Translations under genes and position numbers: made by a program
Shown here: piece by piece, positions 6,501 to 12,914 of the stretch
Layout of the letters: every line of letters starts with the position of its first letter
Numbering within the stretch: the stretch's first letter is position 1
From: an uncultured archaeon
Lineage (GTDB): Archaea > Thermoplasmatota > Penumbrarchaeia > JASLWR01
Assembly (NCBI GenBank): GCA_964342815.1
Contig: CAYFHS010000052.1
Coordinates: 1 to 12,914 of the forward strand
DNA length: 12,914 nt
Direction of reading: 5' to 3'
The notes under the pieces: model-generated
Database searches by the model: none
Seen by the model: only the letters and a program-made list of their open reading frames with translations
Told to the model about the DNA's origin: nothing

Positions 6501-7351
6501 CCCGCGGCATTTATAAAGGTCCCGTCCCCCTGGTTCTCCCATAGATAATTGGGACAGAGGTGATAATTTCCGACGTAGATGTCCTGCCAGCCGTCGTCAT
6601 TATAATCACAAACAGCTATGGACATCGCGGCATGGGCTGGATTGTTCCGATAAACCCCGGCTTCAGATGTTACGTCGGAAAAGGTCCCATCCCCGTTGTT
6701 GTGCCATAAACGGTCCACTCCACCCCAATTTGGCCAGTTATAATTTTGCCAATCCGGTTTCTGCCAAGCCGTGCAGAAAATGTCAAGAAAACCGTCATTG
6801 TCATAGTCCACCCATGCAGCCGCTTCCGAAGGGCAGTTGTCCTTGAAGTACATCTCGTTGCTTGTCACATTTATAAAATTGTAATCCGGAGCCCCCTCAT
6901 TGCGCCAGAGAGAATCACCCTTGGCGGCGCAGAAGAAATCGAGATTACCGTCATTGTCATAATCACCCCAGATACTGTATCCCCTGCAGTCGATACCCAC
7001 CTGGTCGGTGACCTCTAAAAAATTAAAGGATGGCGGTCCCTGATTCTCGAAAAGCATTGTACCACTGCTAGTGTTCCCTCTCACCAGAAGGTCGATGTAT
7101 CCGTCGTTATTGTAATCTCCCCAGGCTAAGTTGTCTCCCCGGATTCCCGAAAGACCGGCAGCAGGCGATGCGTTAATAAACATCACAGCTTCATCGGTTC
7201 GTCGTCGCGACGCAGTTGAAATGAAGCCCATATCTTTTTCTGTTTCATCCGAAGTTCCTCTATCGGTTGATGAAGTCGGATTCCACCCGGAGAATGATTG
7301 CATAAGAAACATTGCTACGAACAATCCGATAATTATATGCTTGGTTCCCAT
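3572..7351 (-). CDS. Secreted, C-terminally anchored FG-GAP beta-propeller + ASPIC/UnbV (CRTAC1-like) + six PKD-like domain surface protein
   Basis: N-terminal signal-like hydrophobic stretch. Seven WxDYDNDGxxD-type FG-GAP motifs. ASPIC/UnbV segment (NNWLELKLKG...AIGARV...VVHFGLGDADTIDRIEIRWPD). Six Ig/PKD repeats (e.g. FRWTFGDG...HAYPVKGNYLVTLDVRD). TM helix WVWIISVVFIGIVIVGIVLFVII followed by a Pro-rich, basic tail. AGGTGG RBS upstream. Confidence 0.92.
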   Translation of the reverse strand: MGTKHIIIGLFVAMFLMQSFSGWNPTSSTDRGTSDETEKDMGFISTASRRRTDEAVMFINASPAAGLSGIRGDNLAWGDYNNDGYIDLLVRGNTSSGTMLFENQGPPSFNFLEVTDQVGIDCRGYSIWGDYDNDGNLDFFCAAKGDSLWRNEGAPDYNFINVTSNEMYFKDNCPSEAAAWVDYDNDGFLDIFCTAWQKPDWQNYNWPNWGGVDRLWHNNGDGTFSDVTSEAGVYRNNPAHAAMSIAVCDYNDDGWQDIYVGNYHLCPNYLWENQGDGTFINAAGPARADVDGDADYYENSGPYYGHSAGCAWGDFDNDLDMDLWVSNLAHKDDERSGMNRGAFCDDAQLLDSSGYPDYHFQDIRAEVGIPITPSGTVIYDNEGNGYWKDEDYFGCTWGDYDNDGDLDIWIPQVKTYSFWDWCYLWRNNGDRTFTDQAETLGIRVWSNTGAAWGDYDNDGDLDLITEGTYPFKGVRELHLFRNEGNSNNWLELKLKGTTANSGAIGARVILSVGDTHMSRIIGGDAGGHGFQNSPVVHFGLGDADTIDRIEIRWPDRSSSELFNVDADQRLAITQGDAPVIQSLTITPSEPHEDEKITASLTTSATLDSGNYVVQWDLDYDGVYEHTETPAMNGQVKSPTFSFGATGQYNISARLYDSISKQGTSRTLPIKVSNLPPEADAGPDRVEAEDSIVVFNGSESFDTASDLAAGLEFRWTFGDGGSSQWSGSPIAAHAYPVKGNYLVTLDVRDNDNAESTDTLTVNVYNVRPNASAPSTLIGVEDYPLLFTGSGLDTENDTDELEFRWDFGDGIQSEWIQNPEIEHTYRQSGNYSAILSVMDWDMDIGTCVTNVTIENPIPDGTFDISLDTVYEDDEIKFTAEGEDTKSDEDDLEFLMDFGDGNTSGWQYETEFTHVFNYSGTYSVMLFIRDNGNGTYKMSKSITILNRAPEARFSYSPKRDMDKETNIVFSAAGTSDTKSDINGLNYTWKIGREMTLWGKTVGYVFLGSGLHEVKLTVRDDDGATGTITQKLRIENTLPEAVINISSLKVKTGEKITLDGSSSTDTAGDMEGLEYRWKIESIAKTGMIIQHIFSSPGDYKITLTVTDEDGGSAETTMKLTVEGEGGRNTAEPAIGSSSTRWVWIISVVFIGIVIVGIVLFVIIKKGMKGEENRSANNDIQFAYGQGESTAIKVGSAPETENPIVTYPAPLPSLPPLSIDTPSLSLPAAGRPAEEILALPPLSIPNTRKTLKKVTKVRKIARKR

Positions 7352-7439
7352 GAATTACGCCACCTGAACTTATTGGGGAAGATAGTGGAAAAAGTTTACA
7401 GGAGGAATAAGCATAGCTGCGTATTAATAAAATTAGTGT

Positions 7440-7479
7440 AAAAAAAATAAAAAAAAAAAGAAAAAATAAAAAAAAATAA
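7440..7479 (-). terminator. Long oligo-U tract, putative archaeal terminator of the pilin gene
   Basis: 36 of 40 bases are A on + (T on -), starting 16 nt after the pilin stop codon. Archaeal termination at U-tracts is established. Confidence 0.7.
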
Positions 7480-7495
7480 TTTTACATGCGGGTAT

Positions 7496-8074
7496 TTAGG
7501 TTGTCAACTGTTGCTGGTATACAAAGGTATCCGTGAAAACGATTTCCTGGTTCGGGTCCTTTATCATGACTTCGTAGACGGCGCCTTTCTCTATGTTAAT
7601 ACCCATGCTGGCCATGGGCATATCGAAGCCGATATACTCGCCGTCGCTCCATGAGGAACCGGTAGCCTCAACGTTCTTATCCTCGATCTTCCAGTTCTTG
7701 TCGTCGTACCTATAAGACTTGTTTCTGTCGCCGCCCACAGGTGAAAGATCGTCCTCGCCCTGGTCTTCGTAGTCCCTGAAGGCGAAATCAAGTTTCTTAG
7801 GGGAGCGTCCCGTCTCGGTCACATAGAAGGAATATTTCGAGGGGTCGATGTCCACCGCTTTTACGGCGCGGATGGTGAAGAAGCATCCGTGCACCTCGTC
7901 CTTGTTCACTCCATCACTTGCCTCGAAGGCCATGATGGATACGTCACCTCCAGTGTCGGCCATGGATATGACCCACATGTACAACACACCGGCCAGAACC
8001 ACCGTTATTGCCACCATGAGGATGATAGCGATAACAGGCGAAACGGCCTCGTCGTTCTTTTTCATTCTTTTCAT
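7496..8074 (-). CDS. Archaeal type IV pilin-like protein (class III signal peptide)
   Basis: MKRMKKNDEA|VSPVIAIILMVAITVVLAGVLYMWV is the archaeal pilin/archaellin N-terminal motif cleaved by PibD/FlaK-type peptidases. GGAGGA RBS at 8082-8087 (minus strand). Confidence 0.92.
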   Translation of the reverse strand: MKRMKKNDEAVSPVIAIILMVAITVVLAGVLYMWVISMADTGGDVSIMAFEASDGVNKDEVHGCFFTIRAVKAVDIDPSKYSFYVTETGRSPKKLDFAFRDYEDQGEDDLSPVGGDRNKSYRYDDKNWKIEDKNVEATGSSWSDGEYIGFDMPMASMGINIEKGAVYEVMIKDPNQEIVFTDTFVYQQQLTT

Positions 8075-8249
8075 ATTTTTGTCCTCCTGTACGCAAACGC
8101 GTACAATTTTCTTATATGAATGCCGAGCTATATATAGTTTATTACGAGGTTCGTCACTAGGGCAACAAGAGCTGAAGTCGATTATAAAAGCCCACTAAGC
8201 TCATCTCTATTTTTGAGGCCAAAATATTTATTATCCCATTCCAACATTA
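8075..8249. promoter_or_regulatory. Divergent promoter region (pilin on -, peptidase operon on +)
   Basis: Head-to-head genes. TATA-like elements AATAAA-CTATATATA (minus strand, about 8128-8143) and AAAATATTTATTAT (plus strand, 8221-8234). Confidence 0.5.
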
Positions 8250-10136
8250 GTGCGGGTCGATATGAGTCGAAAGATACCGATTCTCCTAATGGCGATGCTG
8301 CTCTCCTTGAACGTTCTACCGGTCTTTGGCCTTGCTGTTTCCCCGGAAGAACCCACATCCGCTATTAACGAGCCGGGGGCTTCCTTGTTGGATATCGATA
8401 GTTTTTTCAGCGAGTATCATACCTACGAGACCATGGTTATGCACCTCGAAATGTTGGAGGGAAAGTTTCCAGATATCATCCGACTTTACGACCTTACCAA
8501 GAACACCGCTCTTGGACGAACCTACCAGGGACGTTCCGTTTGGGCCGTGAAAATAAGCAGTGGCGTTGGCGAAGAGGCTGATTACTACGACGATCCCGCG
8601 AAGCCGAACGTGTTGATATTCGGGGCCCATCATGGGAGAGAATGGATGAGCTATGAAGTATGTATCTATACTGTGTTCTATCTAGCATATAATTACGGTA
8701 GGAAAAACGTGGATGATGACGGTGATTCTTTAGTGAATGAGGACCTCTTTGACGGCCTGGATAACGATAATGATGGTGAGATTGACGAGGACCCTTCTCA
8801 GGGTAGAGTGAACTATCTGGTTGAGAACAGGGAGATATGGGTAATTCCCATGTTAAATCCCGATGGGGTCGCATACGACCACACGATTTCTAGGGCAGGG
8901 TCCGGCGGCGGTTGGCGGAAAAACCTGCGTAACAACATTCCCCCGCTCACAGATGAGTTCGATCCCGATAATGACGGTGTGGACCTTAACAGGAACTATC
9001 CCTATATGTGGTGGGCTAACCGAAAGGGAAGCGTTATCAATCCCGATGGAGTGGTAATGGCTGTGGATTCGGCAAATCCCTCTTCAGATGTTTATAGAGG
9101 ACCCCCTGACGGTGAGAACCAGGATGGTGATTCTGGTAACATGGGATTGATCCCCCGGGTCGATGAGGATCCGGTGGATGGTGTTGATAACGACGGTGAT
9201 GGAAAGTTGGATGAGGACCGGGACGGGGGTTTTTCCGAACCAGAAACCCAGGCTATAGGAGCTCTAGTAAAGACCTTCGATGACCAGCCCGATACAGGGA
9301 ATATACCTTTTGTCACATCGATCTCATATCACAGTGTTGCCGGCCTCGTTTTATGGCCGTGGGGTTTTTCTAGAAGGACGACTCCACACGATTCTCTTTT
9401 CAAGGATATCGGAAACCGATTGGCAGTAGCTACCGGGTACCGCGGCATGCAGGCCACTGGCCTATATCCCGCCTCGGGAGACAGTGAGGATTGGCTGTAC
9501 GGGTCGGGGAACGTTCTTGCATTTACCATCGAATTGGACGGGCCCGACGGGGGCTTTCATCCCGCCACGGAGCACATAGTTCCTATCTGCCGTAAATCTC
9601 TTGCCGCCGATCTCGGTCTCTTTGACCTTTCCGACAAGATCGAAGTGGCAAAACAGTATCATCTTACTGTGGAGCAGTCCGTTGTGGGCATCGATGTGGC
9701 AAATATGCAGACGGTTGTAAAATCGAATGAAGATATTGTTATTCAGGCGGATATACTTAATGAGGACAAGATGGTACCTGATTCACTGATACTCCATTAC
9801 AGCGAGAACGGGAATCAATACCTGGAATCTACAATGGTTTTCGACACGTCATCAGGATATTACAGTACAACCATTAGGGACATACCTCCCGGGACGACCC
9901 TGAGATATTATATCGCCGTTCGCGATGTTAGCGGGATAACTGTGTATGCACCGGATTACGGATCTTATGATCCATTAAGCCTGGACATAAGCACCGAATC
10001 AGGCCTTTCCACTTTGGAAAATATTATAATGGTCATAATGATGTTCGTTATATTACTGGTGGTTTGGGGTGGATTCGCGGGTCTAATTTTAATGGCGTTC
10101 AAGGCGGAAAAGAGGAAAAACAAGATTGCTACCTGA
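8250..10136 (+). CDS. Membrane-anchored M14 zinc carboxypeptidase (carboxypeptidase T-like) with Ca-binding-type inserts, Ig-like domain and C-terminal TM
   Basis: Motifs GAHHGREW (HxxE), NPDG, WRKN, GVDLNRNY, FSEPETQA, SYHS, YPASGDSEDW and FTIEL. Signal peptide at the N-terminus and hydrophobic helix plus basic tail at the C-terminus. The start may be ATG 8262. Confidence 0.93.
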   Translation: MRVDMSRKIPILLMAMLLSLNVLPVFGLAVSPEEPTSAINEPGASLLDIDSFFSEYHTYETMVMHLEMLEGKFPDIIRLYDLTKNTALGRTYQGRSVWAVKISSGVGEEADYYDDPAKPNVLIFGAHHGREWMSYEVCIYTVFYLAYNYGRKNVDDDGDSLVNEDLFDGLDNDNDGEIDEDPSQGRVNYLVENREIWVIPMLNPDGVAYDHTISRAGSGGGWRKNLRNNIPPLTDEFDPDNDGVDLNRNYPYMWWANRKGSVINPDGVVMAVDSANPSSDVYRGPPDGENQDGDSGNMGLIPRVDEDPVDGVDNDGDGKLDEDRDGGFSEPETQAIGALVKTFDDQPDTGNIPFVTSISYHSVAGLVLWPWGFSRRTTPHDSLFKDIGNRLAVATGYRGMQATGLYPASGDSEDWLYGSGNVLAFTIELDGPDGGFHPATEHIVPICRKSLAADLGLFDLSDKIEVAKQYHLTVEQSVVGIDVANMQTVVKSNEDIVIQADILNEDKMVPDSLILHYSENGNQYLESTMVFDTSSGYYSTTIRDIPPGTTLRYYIAVRDVSGITVYAPDYGSYDPLSLDISTESGLSTLENIIMVIMMFVILLVVWGGFAGLILMAFKAEKRKNKIAT

Positions 10137-10173
10137 AGGTACAGGGACTTTCTGAAGAAAGGAGAAATCGGTC

Positions 10174-11757
10174 ATGGAAAAAAAGGGCGGGAAAGAACAG
10201 TTCACATCACGTTGGGGACTGGTCCTGGCCGCATTGGGTGCGGCGGTGGGAACAGGTAATATTTGGCGTTTTCCAAAAGAGGTGGCATCAAATGGCGGTT
10301 CGGCATTCATCCTGATATACATACTGTTCCTCTTCTCCTGGTCCATTCCATTGTTGATCGCCGAGTTTGCCATAGGTAAGAAGACCCGTATGGGCACCAT
10401 CGGCGCGTTCAAGAAGATCCTCGGCAAGAAATACCTGTGGATGGGCGTATGGATGATGCTTGTCTCAGCAGCCATCAATTTCTATTATGCCGTGGTCATG
10501 GGTTGGACCGTGAGATATTTCTGGGTGGCACTTTCGGGGGGTATCACAAGCAAGGTTGATACGTTCCAATTGTGGGATTCCTTCATTTCCTCGTGGCATC
10601 TGGTCATATTCTTCCAAGTTATATCGCTGGCGGCCGGTCTGATAATCGTGTATTACGGCGTGGCCAAGGGTATCGAGAAAGCCACAAAGTTCATGATCCC
10701 GGCACTTTTCCTGCTCTTGGTGGGAGCCATGTTGTGGTCTCTAACTCTACCTCGTGCATATCAGGGGCTTCGCTTCATGTTCTGGGCGGACTGGAGCGCA
10801 CTTGGCAGCGGGGAAACGTGGATCCGCGCCCTTGCCCAGAGCGCATGGTCATGTTCGGCAGGGATGGGGATGGGCATCACTTATGCGGTCTACATGTCAA
10901 AAAAAGAGGATATTGCATTGAATAGTTTTTTGACAGGATTCGGGGACAGTGCCATTGCCCTGGTGGCAGGAATTGCAGTCATATGTACTGTATTCGCCTC
11001 TGCGAACAGCTATGAAGCTGCTGAGGGGTATCTAGCCGAGGGTGGTACCGCATTAACTTTCATTTACCTTACCAACCTCTTTGCGAAGATGCCTCTGGGC
11101 TGGCTCATTGCCCCTATGTTCTTTCTGGCAATGGCCTTTGCAGCTCTCACCTCGTTGATCTCCGGGATGGAAATTTCAGCGAGAAATCTCATAGATTTCG
11201 GTTGGACCAGGAAAAAGTCCGTGATAGTTGTAACCGTGGTTACCTTTTTACTGGGTATTCCCTCTGCTGCAATCGTGCTTCACCTAAATGGCGCCCCGGT
11301 CACAGCATTCCTTGATAATCAGGACCTTGTGTGGGGAACCGGGCTCATCGTGAGCGGCTTCTTCGTGGCGTTCTCGATATGGAAATACGGAACATCCCGG
11401 TTCAGAAGGGAGTTCATCAATACCAAATGGAACGACCTCAGGATCGGTAAGTGGTGGGATTATATCATCAAATACCTTTTTCCCATTCAATTCATCGCAC
11501 TTTTTATATGGGCTTTCTATGATATATGGACTGAAAATAACCCAGAGTGGTGGCATGAGGGACATTGGGGGGTTATCATACTATTGGTCGAATGGGCCGT
11601 GGTCATGGTGATAGCAATACTTCTCAACACGAAACTGGGTAAAAAGTTCGACGAAGTGGAAGCCGGGAGGAAGAAGGGCAACGACGCCGAAGCTGGGTTG
11701 GATGGGCTTGTAGTGGAACCCATACCCACTTACGAGATCATCGATTTCGGTGAATAG
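10174..11757 (+). CDS. Sodium-dependent transporter, neurotransmitter:sodium symporter (NSS/SNF; LeuT/MhsT-like) family, probably amino-acid uptake
   Basis: TM1 signature FTSRWGLVLAALGAAVGTGNIWRFP, PLLIAEFAIGK, NFYYAVVMGW and multiple TM helices. AGGAG RBS upstream. Confidence 0.95.
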   Translation: MEKKGGKEQFTSRWGLVLAALGAAVGTGNIWRFPKEVASNGGSAFILIYILFLFSWSIPLLIAEFAIGKKTRMGTIGAFKKILGKKYLWMGVWMMLVSAAINFYYAVVMGWTVRYFWVALSGGITSKVDTFQLWDSFISSWHLVIFFQVISLAAGLIIVYYGVAKGIEKATKFMIPALFLLLVGAMLWSLTLPRAYQGLRFMFWADWSALGSGETWIRALAQSAWSCSAGMGMGITYAVYMSKKEDIALNSFLTGFGDSAIALVAGIAVICTVFASANSYEAAEGYLAEGGTALTFIYLTNLFAKMPLGWLIAPMFFLAMAFAALTSLISGMEISARNLIDFGWTRKKSVIVVTVVTFLLGIPSAAIVLHLNGAPVTAFLDNQDLVWGTGLIVSGFFVAFSIWKYGTSRFRREFINTKWNDLRIGKWWDYIIKYLFPIQFIALFIWAFYDIWTENNPEWWHEGHWGVIILLVEWAVVMVIAILLNTKLGKKFDEVEAGRKKGNDAEAGLDGLVVEPIPTYEIIDFGE

Positions 11758-11773
11758 GGGTTGGGTGATGTAA

Positions 11774-12553
11774 ATGGATGACGGATTATCAGCATGTACC
11801 TGCGTTGATGAAAATGAAGTGGTGGTGCTAAGCTCACAAAAGAACTGCCACCTCATACGCGCGGGGGATGGTAGAAAAAGGATATCTAAAATTGGTGTTT
11901 TCAATACTTCGTCGCTGGTGGGGAGAGAATACGGTGATAAGTTAAAGGTCGGACCCCATAACTTCACCATATTGAGACCAACCCTGCCCCTTCTTCACAA
12001 AGCGTTTCGCAGAAAGGCTCAGGTTATAATGCTTAAGGATGCTATGACTATCGTTGGCGAACTTGGTATAAGAAGCGGGAGCAGGGTATTGGAAGTAGGT
12101 GTGGGCTCCGGTTTCATGTCTGCGGTATTATTGTGGTTCACAGGCCCCTCGGGCGAGCTGGTTTCCTACGAGAAGAGAAGGGATTTTGCTGAAATTGCAG
12201 AAGAGAACATCAGATCGGCTGGTCTTTACCGTAACTGGAAATTGAGGGTGTGTGCCGGTGAGGATATGGATGAAAATATAAAATTCGATTGTGCGGTGGT
12301 GGATGTACCCGAGCCGTGGAATCTGATGGAGAAAGTGGGTAAGGCGTTGGTGAGGGGTGGGAAAGCCGCTTTCTACGTACCTACCTACAATCAGTTCGAG
12401 ACCTGTCTCGCTGCGTTTGTGGAGTCCGGATTATCAAGTATGGGTGCTAGAGAGGTACTTGTCCGTGACATGACCACCACCCAAGGTAGTATCAGACCCT
12501 GCTTCGACATGCTGGGTCATACGGGTTTCATACTGTTTGCAGGAAAGCGCTGA
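11774..12553 (+). CDS. trmI: tRNA (adenine-N1)-methyltransferase TrmI (GCD14 family)
   Basis: RKAQVIMLKD, SAM motif VLEVGVGSG, SYEKRRDFAEIAEEN, DVPEPW, YVPTYNQ and IRP...GHTGF. GGTGA RBS at about 11766-11770. Confidence 0.93.
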   Translation: MDDGLSACTCVDENEVVVLSSQKNCHLIRAGDGRKRISKIGVFNTSSLVGREYGDKLKVGPHNFTILRPTLPLLHKAFRRKAQVIMLKDAMTIVGELGIRSGSRVLEVGVGSGFMSAVLLWFTGPSGELVSYEKRRDFAEIAEENIRSAGLYRNWKLRVCAGEDMDENIKFDCAVVDVPEPWNLMEKVGKALVRGGKAAFYVPTYNQFETCLAAFVESGLSSMGAREVLVRDMTTTQGSIRPCFDMLGHTGFILFAGKR

Positions 12554-12597
12554 AAAATGAATCGATTTATAAATTTCCAGCTTTCGGTATACAATAC

Positions 12598-12914
12598 GGC
12601 GTTGGGATTTTGCGAAGATGCATGAATCGGAATCTGCCCTTTATAGGCGCCAGTATCTCTCCGATGCCCGCTACGCTCCAGTGCATCGCTGATGCAATTG
12701 CATCCTCGGCCAACTTTCGCGTTGGCCGGACCTGTAAGAACCGAGAGGTTCTGAAGGTTCAGTTGCATGATAATGCAACGGAGTGCCAACGGGAACAGGA
12801 ACGTTCACATAGGGAATGTTCCGAGTATCGGGGATGTTCCCCCCTACGGGCGATACCGTGAACTATGACAGGTAACGGCTTGCCAAGTTACGGTTTGACA
12901 GGTTACCACCTGGC
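12598..12914 (+). ncRNA. Candidate structured non-coding element related to the left-end element
   Basis: Dense stems: palindrome 12691-12704, hairpins 12707-12728, 12729-12759 (GAGA loop), 12762-12779 and 12798-12822, and a three-way junction at 12825-12856. Carries the same module as 84-144 and 216-272. Truncated by the window edge. Confidence 0.55.
12850..12914 (-). repeat. Right copy of the 65-bp inverted repeat (partner 19-83)
   Basis: Reverse complement reads GCCAGGTGGTAACCTGTCAAACCGTAACTTGGCAAGCCGTTACCTGTCATAGTTCACGGTATCGC, matching 19-83 at 61/65. It runs to the last base of the window. Confidence 0.97.

Noticed and set aside
12517-12861. ORFs 12610-12861 (+) and 12517-12789 (-)
   Set aside because: No domain similarity or RBS, and they lie across palindromic, structure-constrained sequence. 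A small peptide cannot be fully excluded.
19-12914. Casposon or autonomous transposon (size and TIRs would fit)
   Set aside because: No Cas1-like integrase, PolB or DDE/HUH transposase is encoded between the repeats.

Overview
The window looks archaeal, probably Thermoplasmatota-like (inferred from the class III signal peptide pilin, GGTGA/GGAGG ribosome-binding sites, TATA/BRE-like boxes and U-tract terminator). It holds eight well-supported genes. On the minus strand are a type IV pilin, a membrane-anchored FG-GAP/ASPIC-UnbV/PKD surface protein, a gp5/gpV-like spike protein, a PAAR tip protein and a TPR protein. On the plus strand are a membrane-anchored M14 carboxypeptidase, an NSS/SNF Na+-dependent transporter and TrmI. 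The two non-coding ends (about 1-345 and 12554-12914) are the most unusual part. They share a 65-bp inverted repeat (61/65 matches). They also contain three sequence-divergent but structurally covarying copies of a two-hairpin module, all on the + strand. Joining the window end to its start creates a 14-nt perfect complement of an internal segment. I do not recognise this element as any known family; it may be a large structured RNA/ssDNA element, or the ends of a non-autonomous mobile or circular unit. The second highlight is an orphan contractile-injection spike+PAAR pair with no sheath, tube, hub or baseplate genes in the window. No transposase, integrase, reverse transcriptase or replication gene is visible. 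All folding was done by eye.
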